From Dipteris shenzhenensis (lineage: Eukaryota), in the NCBI GenBank assembly GCA_047967505.1, contig CM106538.1: a DNA stretch of 64,000 nucleotides. One strand, 5' to 3'. The position numbers and the translations under genes were made by a program. The notes below the pieces were generated by a model, which saw only the letters and a list, made by a program, of their open reading frames with translations, was not told the origin of the DNA and made no database searches. The first letter of the stretch is position 1. Every line of letters starts with the position of its first letter. Shown here piece after piece: positions 13,344 through 26,082 of this stretch.

Positions 13344-13999
13344 GAGAATGAGAAGGTTGGGCTCAATGAAATCTCTCCCTATTTAAGTGCAATGCAGACA
13401 CAACTAAGAGCCCATTATGAAATCTAGCCCGAAAACTCTATACACCAATCCACCTATTGTGAATCTATGGCATACCCAAAAGACTTTGGAGTGCTTTTGT
13501 TCTATCACAGAATGATGTTGGATGACCTTCTCACAGAAACAGACCCAGAGAAGAAGGATGAAAATAGCTACAAGGAAGACATGCTTCGATGGTGGGTGTA
13601 TTACTTGGAGTCGGAAAGAATAGATAATATCAATTTCCTTGGCTATTGTTTTTTCTGCTCCTTTAAGGTACTTGTCAAGCTCATGATGTAGGTTTATTTT
13701 GGAAGGACATGATCAGGTGCAAAGTTTTCTAGAGCACAAATACTAGGATGAAGAGAATCCTAGCAAAAGGAGTTACTATGGGCGTACAAGTTGGCAAAGA
13801 CAATTATGGCTAGACCTACTTCATGATCTACTGCACATCCTACCACTTCTCATGTTGTTGGACCTTCCACCTCTTGCTTAGGATGATTGGCTATAGGTTC
13901 TCATCCTGGACCTTCTTCTAAACTACAACCACGATTGTTAGCATGTCCTGTTCCAGTCATCTCCCATGGGGTACTAGTCAGAGTTGTTGAGGTAGTTCC

Positions 14000-15950
14000 T
14001 GTTAGATATCAATGCTCCACTCTCATGTAACTACTCAGGAACCAGCTAACTCTACTTGTAAGCCCCCCCATATGAGGAGAAGGCATTTGAGTAGCTCGAT
14101 TATCCGGTAGGTCCTGGTTTGGACACCAGATGGGGGCCATGTGTGGCCTGATGGCTGGACGGCTTCAGATAGAGTTGGTACACTGCCAACTAGGCTACAT
14201 GCAAGTGCGGGAAGGCATCCCATGACTAACCGCATTGAGGGCATATGGAGCATTTCCTGGGGTAGCCCACTCTCAGGTTGTGGGGCCTGTTTGGAGCCGC
14301 AGATGATCTCGGATGGCTCTGGGCCAAACAAAAACTATAGGTGAGTTGCTCTATTTTGTGCCACGATTCTATCCAGTGGTCGGTGGCCTATTTCGAGACC
14401 GATCCCCAGTCGGCCGTTTTGGGTAGATTGGGTCGGTCACCCAATTAGGTCTAACCAACTATGACTGGTGGCTATATAAGAGCAAGCCCGTGAAGCCCAT
14501 CATCATCACTAGCTATAGCAACCCTGATTCCTTAGCATCCAACCTCCATCCTCTACTATTTCCAGCATGCCATCGAAGCTCCTCACATAGGAGTCCACGC
14601 TTGGGAGGCAGCGCCATCTATTGTATCAGTTTTACAGTAATCAAAATTTTGATTCTCCATACTATCTACTTTTCTCTCTTGCATACAAGATCTTGTTATC
14701 TATTGAGCACAGACGTATTGTTTTCTTACATGGTATCACAGCTTGGGCTCTAGCAAGAAGATTTGGTAGTGTGTTTCTGTTTGCAACCAGATTGTGAGAG
14801 ATGGCCCAACCCACAAGACTGTGAATCCCATCATTCGGCGAAAGCGGAAAGTTGGACAGCACTAAGTATCCACTCTGGAAGTTCAAGATGAAGACCATCC
14901 TAAGCGCATACGAGCTTTAGGATACTGCCACTGGGATGGACCTGAAGCCGGTTGCAAGACTGAATCCAGCCAATGCAGCATAATAGATAGTACCAATTGC
15001 GGATGAGATTCTCGCATGGACAAGAAGAAATGTAGATGCACTGTGTTCTATTGTCTGCAATGTAAGTGATTCTGTCATGGCATTGATTCAACATGTCACC
15101 ACAGCGGAGGAAGCATGGACGGTCTTGAAAAATCAATACAAGACTAGAATCAGATGCGGATTCAGAATCTGGAGACTCAACTCACAAACGAGAAACTGTC
15201 TGAGTCTGAAACGGCAGAGAAGTTCATCACCAGGGTGAAGAATCTGCGCGATCAAATGACTGCGATTGGCATCACCATCACCAGAGGGAATCTAGCACGA
15301 AGGTGCATACGGATTCTCCCACCAAAGTACGACGGTCTTGTTATGGCGCTGAATACACAAAACAGAAATCCGCCCCTCAACTTTGAGGATTTCAGCGCAA
15401 TGCTTCTGGAGGAGGAGATGCATCAAAAGACGAGGACCGGAGAAGATTCGGCTTTCTCGGCTGGATCAAAGAAAGGGAAGGGTAAGGACTTTGGTAACCC
15501 ATCTTCTTCTAATGATAAAAAGAGAAAGAAGAAGATCAAGTGCTTCTATTGCAACAAGGCAGGGCACAAGCAGAATGAGTGCCGGAAGAAGATTACAGAT
15601 GAGAAGAATGGAGTAAAGAAAGAGTCCAGCAACAGTGCGCAGGCGATACAATAGAGTTGCTCGTAGCAATTGAGGAGATTTGCACAGAGGCAGTTCATGT
15701 ACCTATGGATGAACCTTGGATTATTGACAATGGTGCATCACGCCACATGACCAGTCGGAAGGATTAGTATACCTCTCTACATACGGTAGGGAATGACATC
15801 CTGGTAGTGGTCGGCAATGATGCAAAATGTCCAGCAAAAGGAAAAGGTACGATTGCTCTCAAGTTAGATGGAGTTGCAAAACAGTTGTCCGGTGTTCTTT
15901 ATGTGCCAGATATCAAGAGGAACTTGTTGTCCATTTCTATGATCATGGAT
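14000..15950 (+). mobile_element. Truncated copia family C element: 5' LTR (14000-14730), PBS, decayed gag and protease
   Basis: 731-bp LTR TG...CA, PBS TGGTATCACAGC at 14731, gag from 14801 with CFYCNKAGHKQNEC knuckle, protease IIDNGAS and VLYVPDIKRNLLS. Ends ~15950. Confidence 0.92.
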
Positions 15951-16157
15951 TTTTGTCCCCGGTTGAGCCTTTTTCCTACCTTTAAAACAATTGATTTTGA
16001 AGAACCATTGCCTCCAATAAAAATAGAATACAGGAGCAGAATGTTTAACAAATAGTGAAGCAGCTAATACCTTACTGATGGCAAAAAAAGAGACCATGAA
16101 AGACAAGGATGTGGAAATTCATGATATTGAAGATGACAATATAGAGGTTAATCTCAC

Positions 16158-19100
16158 TGTGGGAGAGGAGAGCACACACAACGGGATAAGGAGACACCAA
16201 AAGTGGTGGAGCAAAAGCTACTCCAGCTTATTCCTCTATCATATATATATATATGAGTATACATGGGCATTGTACAAGTGGGTGGGCACACTGCCCTTTA
16301 CCCCAACAACCTCCCACTTAAAGGCAGTGTGCCTTTAAGGGAATATAGTACACATATAATACAATCAGCCATAGGCTGAAAAACAAGATGACCAGACCAT
16401 CATCCTATGCCCATCGGCGGCACTTTACAATGTGCAAAGTGCATAGAGGATAAGCTGCTAGCAAACATCAGGTTTGCAGGATAGAAAATGACAAGCTGTA
16501 GATGCCTGTCAACAAAGATCTCATGCCAGATCTCACTGGGAGAGTGAACTCTCACCACCACGTGCTCCTGTGCTAAGTCCATAGCACCTGAACTATCACT
16601 GTGTAAAGAAAATGTCTCCGTACCACCTGTGACCATAAGCACATGCCCTACAATAGACCTCTGCTGGTCTACCCAACCTGCATCACCAGCATGCTGCTCC
16701 TGGAAGCATAAGGACCTGATGTCCACAACCGCTTCCCTACTGCCAAAATCTACAATAATCATGCTACCAACTCCCATTGCAACGGAAGCAAGAACTGGAA
16801 GTGTAGCCCCAATGGCAAACATGTGAGAACCAAGTCTCAACACAGTCATGGATGCATGAAGTACTATGGCTGCCATATCAACCATAACTTGCTGCTCAAC
16901 TGATCTGTGATCGTCAAACCTACTGTGTTTCAAGTATGGAGCCAATACAGGCAATGGAGTACTCAGTAACTTCCCCCTCTCCATACTGAAACAACCAAGT
17001 ATCTGAGAAACATCATCAAGACCATGCAGCTCCCACTGCAAAGCATCCCTGTCCATAAGGAACCATATGGCAAGTAACCTCAGAAGGATAGCGACCTCCT
17101 GAATACTGAGACCATAACCTGTCTCACTGCGCATCACATCCTGAGCTCTCATAACGGTATCAAACCTATGAAGCCAAGCTCGAGGGGATTGCTTCTGGCC
17201 ATGGAGGCACTTACGAAGTAAACATATCAATGATTCCTGCCCATGCGCAATATGACCCAAGTCAATAACTGCAGAAACCACATCTGTCCTGGCATAACCA
17301 GCCAATGGATCATACCGGGCATCATTAGCCAAGGTATCCTCCTCCCCATGCATAGCCTCATCCTCATCTGCAAGAGGCACTCCGCATCCTGGGAGTAAAC
17401 TGTAACTGTCCATAGAAGATGCATCAACAATCTCCATAGGAGTATAAACCTGTGGAATACTAGAGACATCTGACCGTCTCTGACCAAAATCAGGAAGTAA
17501 TCGTGGCTGTCCCAACTTTATAACCTGCTCACCGTGGGAAAAACCTCCCACTCCAAGGGATATGGGCTGCCCCTGCAAAGAATTCGGAGGTATCAGTGCA
17601 CTTACACCCTCCTGGAACACCACTCTCCTGCTATCCACAGTCTTGGGCTGTCTAAACATAGCATCCTCTCTGAAATAGACATTATGGCTGCGTATCAACT
17701 CTCTAGTTGAAGAATCCCATAACCTGTAGTCCTCACTGGACTCACTGTATCCAAGGAAGATACATCTCCTCGATCGGGAACCATGAGCATAAGCCTCGCA
17801 ACCAAACACACGTAAATGCTCATAACATGGTGCCCTGCCTGTCAAGAAGTCAAATGGCACTCTACCATTCAGAGATCTCCTGGGTGACCTGTTAAGCAAG
17901 TATGCAGCTGTCTTACATGCCTCAGCCCAATAGCATTCGGTAAGACCTGCATATCGTAGCATGCTACCAATCCTGTCTAATAGAATCCGATTTATGCCTT
18001 CTGCCAAGGCATCATGAGCAGAAAGATGAGGACTGGTCAACACCCTCCTGATACCAAGTGTATCACATAGATGCTGAAATCTAGAAGAGGTAAACTCTGC
18101 ATCACCATCAGTCATCAAGCTCAATAGCTTCTTTCCTGACTGATTTTCAGCATTACCCAAGAAGCGCTGAAATGTATCATATACATCATGCTTCTGCCGA
18201 ATCGGATATACCCATATGTACTTTGTAGCAGCATCAATAAATGTCACAAAGTAAGAGGCGCCACCCAGTGAAACGGTAGGCATAGGCCCACAAACTGCAC
18301 TATGAACCAACTGCAATGGCTCAAGATACCTCTCACTAACTGTCTTCCTCACAAAGGAGGATCCTGACTGCTGACCATCATCACAATCATGACATAAAAT
18401 TTGAGAGACATCCATAAGAGGAATGTATCTCAATGTTGTAAGGGCTTCCATACCTGCAGTAGACATATGTCCAAGTCTGGCATACCATAAACTAGCTGAT
18501 GGCTGCTTACTAATCATAAGCATCTTATCCTGGACACCTGATACATGCAATGCATAAGAGAATCCAACCCGTGATCCCCTAGCCATAACCAGATTGCCTC
18601 TAGCAATCTTCCATGCATGATCACCCAAAGAGACATGATAACCTGCCTCAACCAACTGTCTAGTACTGATCTTGCTCGTAGCAAGTCCTGGTATATGTCT
18701 AACCCTCTGTAGAACAAGAATAGAGCCACTAGGCATAACAAGGTGGATATCCCCATAACCATAGACATCCATAGAATGATCAATGCCCGTCAAACCACTC
18801 TCCACAATGCATTCCTGATATGCACTGAACCATGACCTATGAGGGGTCATATGACATGAAGCACATGGATCTAACATCCAATCACCGAGAATGGGTACAT
18901 TAGTGGCCAAGAAGGAGGTGTCAGACATAGACAAAAGAATGCCTTCATCACTGCTACTATCAGTGGAAACCCTGGCATCCACGCCTTGAAGCTCAACATG
19001 CTTCTTCTCCTTCTTCATGTCATTCTTAACCTTGCTCTTCTTCTTGTATTTTCTCAGCCATTTCCAGCAATACTTTTTCATGTGGCCATACTTTCCACAA

Positions 19101-22001
19101 TAGAAACATCCAACACAAGTCTGAGAGCTAGACTTGCTCCTGGAATTCCCCCTTGAACATGACCTGTTTCTACCAATTGATCTACCTTTGGAGTGCATAT
19201 CAAGGCTGTATTTCAGCCCATCAGGACATTTCAGCCCATCATGCTGTAACATAACACTATCATGGTCATACATCTGGCATATACGAGTATAAAACTCATA
19301 TGCATGGTAGTCTACACCCTGTACACCATCCTGTACCTGCAAGTAGACTGACTTCGAGAGTGATGACTGAATGATAGAGCATGCTTGCTCATCCATGTCA
19401 TCCCAATCACTCTGTTTAATGCTATTAGGCTTGACACCTTTGCATTGAATGGGCTTATGCTACCTCCTCTGCACTAACACATCATAAATCTGCTCTTTCC
19501 AATACTGGAAGTTTGAACCATCCAACCTCTCAATATCAAAGAGGGCACTACCAGCTGTAGATGCCATATCTGTGGCACAATAGCTCACAACCAAAGAGCA
19601 GTATAGTGCAATAGGCAACCCAAATGACCAAAAAATATAGTGTTATCCAGACCAATCAGGTTTCCAAATAAACTGGCTGATCCAATGCTCAAAAGCACTC
19701 AGCCATAAAGAGGCATAAACAAGAAAATATGCAGCCCAGTAACCTGCCAATGCCTAGCAATCCAAGTAAGAAATGCACTGAACCAAATGAGCAATGCCTG
19801 CTCAACCAATGGCAATAGGAGCCCAGCTCAACTATCCATAAACATCAGTGCGGCATCCACCAATGCAAATCCATAATGCATCGAAATGGCATTTACTGCA
19901 TCACCAATGCATCACCTCAAGCGTGCAATTGTTTGGCAACAAAATCAAGCATTCACCACTTGCCAAATGTGCCAAAGTGACTTGCCAAAATGCCAATAAT
20001 GCCCTTGGACTGAAGTGAGATTCCAATCACTTTCTGTAATTTACTATGAGTTCCCAATTCACTGTTGTGCAAGAGAAATTCCTACAACAATACCTCACAG
20101 CCACTTTGGGCAAAATAACATGCTGTCCCTGTTTTTGAACAGCGATATCTTTTCACTGAAAGATCGGATGCCAAAGCTGTTAACAGCAAAGTTGTAGCTG
20201 GTAGAAAGATCTACAAATTGTCAGTTGACCTCAAGAGCCAAATCCTTCTGAATTCTCAGATATTCTCACCTGAAAAACAGCTTCCTGCACATTGGTTACA
20301 AATAGACAGCAGACTGCAACTTTTTGTGGTTTTGCAGAGGCTGTAACTCATGCAGCTTATACCGAATCAACTTGCGTCCAAAAGCAAAGTTGTAGTATTT
20401 TCTGTGAACTACAACTTTCCAGTTCAGCACAAAGTGCAATTCCGCACCAGGAAAGAGATATTCAGTCCTAAAAATGACTGTTTTGTCATAAAAACAGCAA
20501 CAGCAGCTTCCTTGAATGTTTGCTGCCCTTTACAGCACTCATCTGCTCCGGCAAAAAACAGCCCCAAAAATGGTCAAAATACATCTAGCAGATCACCCAG
20601 TATGTCAACTGCAACACCAACAAAATGGCAAGTACAATGCCCAACCAAATCAGCCCCAAGAATGCTCATAGATCAGCAATTAAATAGCCCAAAAGCACTG
20701 GCAAAACAGCCCCGAAATGTGCTCCAAATGATGCTAATCTGACAGGATCTCAATACATCACCGTACCACTGTATGTATCCAACATAGGCAAATAACCATG
20801 CATCCAACAAACTGTCAATGCATCTCAACCAGGCATGTACCACTGTCAAAGCATGTGTCACTGCCATTGCCAAAGTGATGTATCTGCAAAAAAGATATGC
20901 AACCCACTGACTAAATGTAACGGAATGTTCACAAGGACTAAGATGCACCAGAGTATGTCCGTACAAGGACCCAAATGCACGGGAAAACACGAGCTAACAA
21001 AGCTCAACTGCAACCAAAAGAAGCTGCATAGTGCACAAGCACATATCCCACACAATGTCCACAAGGCGTACTTCTGCAAAATGTCCCACAAAGAGACCAA
21101 AATCAGCCGATGCTCAGCTCCAAGACCTCAAATGCAACACCGGCTATCCCCCAAGCATTCAACTGCATCAAACATGCAATCCAGAGGCTCCCCAACAACT
21201 CCCAGATGAGCTAGAGACAATGGCAAAGAACTATGCCAAGACTGGAACATCTCCAAAGACTGAGGCAGCTCCAGCTTCATCAATGTGAAGCCTCCACAGG
21301 AATACATGCTCCCTCAAGCCTCACAGCCCACTGTCAACGTTCTCTAATGGGAAGCCATCTCCAACTGCGAATGGCTGTCAACAACGACCACTCTACTCTC
21401 ATGTAGAGCCAGCTACAACGCCACAACCATAGAGTTTTCTGTAGCGACGGGACTATAGCGACATACTCCCAGCAGCGACCACAAGAGGCCTTCATGATTT
21501 GCACCTTCAATTGACATCTTCACGGCTGGAATGACCTCAATGCACGATGCATCCAAAGCCACCATTGGTTAGCCAGCAACTAGCAAACAATATTCGAACA
21601 GCCTTGAACTTCTAGCCCACCAAAGCAATGCGCATTTGCAGTTGTCCTCTCCACAATGCCCAACGCAATTGCATATCCCAGGTGCCAGCTGATTAAGCAC
21701 CAAGTCGAGCTACCTCCATCTTCATGCAACAAGCAACGCATACAATGCCACACCCATCTCCAAGCTCCCGGTAGATCTCTCGAAGCAGTTCCCGTTCTCC
21801 TCTCACCGAGCTCCTCGTAGATCGAACGCCATGGGCTCTGATACCAGTTGTGGGAGAGGAGAGCACACACAACGGGATAAGGAGACACCAAAAGTGGTGG
21901 AGCAAAAGCTACTCCAGCTTATTCCTCTATCATATATATATATATATGAGTATACATGGGCATTGTACAAGTGGGTGGGCACACTGCCCTTTACCCCAAC
22001 A
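16158..22001 (-). mobile_element. Complete young non-autonomous copia element (family D, related to A)
   Basis: LTRs 16158-16308 and 21849-22001 are identical except for one TA unit. TSD CTCAC on both sides. PBS TGGTATCAGAGC (21835-21846, minus strand), PPT at 16309-16319. Confidence 0.97.
16400..19567 (-). pseudogene. Degenerate gag-pol of element D (998-aa open frame; one in-frame TAG at 19460-19462 after the ATG at 19567)
   Basis: Gag N-terminus FDIERLDGSNFQYWKEQ, CCHC knuckle, protease DPCAS, integrase HSAVCGP (first catalytic Asp replaced), RT remnant LRKCLHGQKQSPRAW with no YVDD. Confidence 0.85.
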
Positions 22002-22278
22002 CTCACAGGAGTGGATAACGCCCTTGACATCTTAATTCAAAAAATTTCATTTCTTACAAATGATAACCCGACTACATGGATGACAGGCATCCTAGTGACA
22101 TAGGTCCAATGACACCAGCTTTCAAACTGGTGGACTATGCAGACTCCGATCTGAAAGGTGATGAGATTGAATAAGAAAATGAAATTACCTAGGATGATGA
22201 TCCGAAGGTAGCACAGACTACAAAAACAAAAACTAGTCTTTCAGAGTGATTGTTTTGGCCACAATAAGTGCATGGATT

Positions 22279-24917
22279 TGTTGGGATATCTCAAGGTGTA
22301 TGCCTCAGGCACACCTTATGTTTCTATGTGTGAGTGCTAGAGGCACAGTTAGGTGCCCACAAGCACAGTTAGGTGGTGGAAAAGCCACATAGGATGATTG
22401 AGTGAATCTAGGAGCAGATTGAGGAGATGATTGTGGAGCTTTGAGGTCATCAGTGATGTCAGTGACCATGTATGAGGTGCCTACTTAAGGACCTCTTTCT
22501 TCTTCATTCTATAAGCAAGTATTCTGAATTTGTGTCAACTCTACTCTTTCCTTTTAGTGTTCCAACATGGTATCAGAGCCATTTCATCCCCCTTGAGCCC
22601 ATTTTTGCCACATCATCATCTTCCTCTTCTTCTTCTTCTTCACCATCTCTCCCTCTTCTCCAAAAAATTTTGCTTGAGCTTGTTCTCCTTCAATTCTCAA
22701 CCATTTCCCACACCCTTTCTGCTGTAGATCCCTCTTGTTAGGGCGAACTTCGGGCTGTAAGCAATTGGAGAAAAACCCGCGCTGCTGGTCGCCATTGCAG
22801 AAAAGTCATCGATTTTCTCTTCTGCGTTTTCTCTGCACCTGCTCTGTCTTTTCTTAATTCCTTCCAGGGCAAGCTTCTACATACCTAGAGCTACCTTGTG
22901 CTGAAATCTGAGCAGCAATGGCTGCATATTGAAGGAGAAAACAGAGAAAAACCAGTCGACTTTGTTCAAAAAGGTGAAGGCGACCTGACGCGTTTTTTCG
23001 CCTCTTCTTCCCAGAGGATCTACTGTGGTATATCAGCTTTCTTTTGCCTCAGAAAGCCCCCTTTCTTTTGCTTTGAAGAGTGTGCTATGAGCCCTCCAAG
23101 TTCAGCTCTCTAGTTTTGACAGTTTTTACATGCTTTTGAAAAGATGCTACATAAAATGCTACTCTAGCATTTCTGGTCTTTTGAAGTTTTTAATAACTTC
23201 ACTACAAGTGTTGCTTCAGTTTTGTTTTGACTTGCTAGACCTGGTTGTGATTGGAAAGTGGTTATTTCATCCACTTCTATGAAGCATATAAAAAGTAGCA
23301 TCATTGTTTGAAAACTAGTCACTACTATTTGCTACAACAAGTGGCTATACTTTGGAAGTATTGCAGTTCTTTTTGCCTTGTAAGAGAGATAGACACTGCC
23401 CAATATCTGGGTTAGACCCTCTCATGGCTACTTTATATAATCTTGAGAAGTTCAATGGAAAGGGGTTCCATACATGGCAAATGAAGGTAAAATTTGCATT
23501 AATGCGGGAGAACTTATGGGGACTTGTCAAACCTTCTCCTACCGCTTCTTCTACGGCCTCAAATGCTGGGGAATCTTCAGCTCCGACACGACTGGCAAGG
23601 GATCCAGCAAGAGAAGAAAAAGCATATGGTATAATTGCTTTAGCTTTGGGTGATGATTACATACATCATATATCTGACTTGGAGTCTCCATCGGAAGCAT
23701 GGCAGAAGCTAGATTTGATTTTTGGTGCAAGCTCTCATATTTCTAAACTATCACTTAAAATCTCTTTCTTTGAATTAAAGATGGCAAGTGATACTACTTT
23801 AGCTGCCCATGTCAACTATATACGGAGTCTTATGACTCAGTTAGCTTCTATCAACTCTCCTATCACCCCTGATGATGCTATGGCAGTACTACTTAAGAGT
23901 ATGCCTGAAAGCTTTGATCACATTGTAAGCACTTTGAAGAATCTTCCAAATCCAAACCTTGAAGGCATTATCTCAGCTCTCCAAGAAGAAGAAAGACACA
24001 TGGAGTTAAGGAAAGGCAATGACACTGCTTATGTTATGAAATTCCAGAAGGGCAAGTACTCTCCTTGCAATCACTGTGGAAAGACAAATCACCTTTCAAA
24101 GGACTGCTTCAAAGTTAATCCATGTAAGCACTGTGGCGAAAACAACCATAGTGAGAAGTTCTGCAGAGATAAAGCAAAGACAGAAAATGCAAATCTACTT
24201 ACAGTGAATTTGCCTCCACAAGATGAGGCATCCCATGAAGATTATGCATTTTAAATCATCTCTATGTATGCTCCAGATCACTCTTTTTATGTCAAGGTAC
24301 TCAGCCTGGATAGTCCTCCAAAATGAATGAAAATAAATTATTGTGTGTTGTGTGTTTTGTAAACACCTCTGGTCACCTTATGATGTAGGCCATGTGTATG
24401 TTTGTTCCATGGTACCTCCTACAGACATTGTGTGCATGTACATGTAGGAGAGATAACCATTGGAAGGTCTGTTTGTATCCCTTTCTGTTTACCTTACACC
24501 CAAGGGAACCCTTGCTAGCATGAGAACCTAGCCATAGATTTATCCTTGACCACCATGAGATGGCATGAGAAACTATGAGACTAGATGTATCCTTGACATA
24601 GCCTGAGGCATCTCCTTGAGGGGGGGCTTGTTGGGATATCTCAAGGTGTATGCCTCAGGCACACCTTATGTTTCTATGTGTGAGTGCTAGAGGCACAGTT
24701 AGGTGCCCACAAGCACAGTTAGGTGGTGGAAAAGCCACATAGGATGATTGAGTGAATCTAGGAGCAGATTGAGGAGATGATTGTGGAGCTTTGAGGTCAT
24801 CAGTGATGTCAGTGACCATGTATGAGGTGCCTACTTAAGGACCTCTTTCTTCTTCATTCTATAAGCAAGTATTCTGAATTTGTGTCAACTCTACTCTTTC
24901 CTTTCAGTGTTCCAACA
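22279..24917 (+). mobile_element. Complete gag-only non-autonomous LTR retroelement (TR-GAG type), element E
   Basis: 289-bp LTRs 22279-22567 and 24629-24917 (one substitution seen), TSD GGATT, PBS TGGTATCAGAGC at 22568, PPT GAGGGGGGG at 24618-24626, no pol sequence. Confidence 0.96.
23424..24254 (+). CDS. Copia-type Gag protein (276 aa) with two CCHC zinc knuckles
   Basis: Intact ORF MATLYNLEKFNGKGFHTWQMKVKF..., gag core (LLKSMPESFDHIV), CNHCGKTNHLSKDC and CKHCGENNHSEKFC, clean stop. Confidence 0.9.
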   Translation: MATLYNLEKFNGKGFHTWQMKVKFALMRENLWGLVKPSPTASSTASNAGESSAPTRLARDPAREEKAYGIIALALGDDYIHHISDLESPSEAWQKLDLIFGASSHISKLSLKISFFELKMASDTTLAAHVNYIRSLMTQLASINSPITPDDAMAVLLKSMPESFDHIVSTLKNLPNPNLEGIISALQEEERHMELRKGNDTAYVMKFQKGKYSPCNHCGKTNHLSKDCFKVNPCKHCGENNHSEKFCRDKAKTENANLLTVNLPPQDEASHEDYAF

Positions 24918-25889
24918 GGATTGATCCAGCCATAATAACTGCATGGATTGATCCTATAGCAATCTTTTTGCATATAATTGATCTTTCCACAATGCTTGCA
25001 TGCTTTGTACTTGCCCTTTGATGAGAACTTCACTATAAGTGCTTGAGTTTGATCTTCTATCGTCCTTGAATTCTTCTTTCTCTCTGCTTCTTGTAAAGCA
25101 CTGATGATGCTCTTTACTGTTGGTTGAGGAAGATTCTTTAAAGTAGTCACAACATAGTCAAAATCCTGAGGCATGCTCTTCAAGAGCACAGCCATTGCAT
25201 CATCTTCAGTAACTAAAGAATTGACTGAGGCCGATTGTGGGATCATAAGACTCCTCATAGCATTGACATGAGCTACAACAGAGTCTCCATCCATCCTAAA
25301 TTCAAAAACTTAATCTTAAAAGTCAAAAGGCATCTAAAGGTGCGTCTACTCTGTGTATTTAGACGTGGCTATAGACGTGCTATTAGACGCGATTATAGAC
25401 GCGAATTTTAAACCTGCTTTTAGCACGCTCGCTTTGCTTTTCTTCACATTACTTATACTTCACATGGCTCGCTTCCTTCCTCATTAGCAGATCCATAGTT
25501 TCGATGCTTAAGAGGAAGGGTCCCATACTTACTTCCAAGCTTACACTTAAGAGGAGGGCACCCACACTTACTTCTAAGCTTAAAGGAGAGGAGGAAGAAC
25601 AAGGAGAAGAAGCAACTTTGAAAAAGAAGAAGAACCTTCCATACCTCTATCCAAGTAAGTCCTTTTGCAGTTGATCTTGTTTGGAAGTTTGCTCTCTTTA
25701 GATTTGTACTTTCTCGTATCCAAGAAGCACATGATCTGGGTATCAGTGTCACGTTTCTGTGTCGGGCGCAATGTCCTTTTCTACTTTTTAGAAATCTCAT
25801 CTGTCGGAGCACGTGTATAGGTGCATCTCAGAGCACGTTTAAAAGCACGTCTACAGGCGCGTCTAAACGTGCATCTAGCCTATTTGCAG

Positions 25890-25975
25890 ACACTATTAGA
25901 TGCTCTGTTAGACACTCTATTAGACGCTCTGTTAGATGCTCTGTTAGACGCTCTATTAGACGTGTCTATAGACGC
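25890..25975. repeat. 12-bp tandem repeat (GACGCTCTGTTA-like), ~7 copies, inside the CACTA fragment
   Basis: Direct inspection. Confidence 0.8.
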
Positions 25976-26082
25976 GTTAGTCAGACACGTCTATAGATGC
26001 GATCTGACAGTAAGCCTCTCTTCCGTTCCCCTTTCTTCTCAGCTCATCAGTAATAGATTTTTTTCCTTTTTTCCAGTTCAAC

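Larger units (their letters stand above)
22245..25320 (-). mobile_element. Fragment of a TR-GAG (family F) gag gene, split by element E
   Basis: 22245-22278 plus 24918-25320 match 54068-54500, and the sequence is continuous across the GGATT TSD. Confidence 0.85.

Noticed and set aside
13467-14000. ORF 13467-13691 and related coding-like stretches (15950-16157, 22007-22240) as a gene
   Set aside because: Fragmented with stops and no identifiable motif. Probably a decayed retroelement accessory region that received later insertions.
9246-14730. The two 731-bp LTRs as a single element
   Set aside because: Each is followed by its own PBS and gag start, there is no PPT before the second, and there is no TSD.
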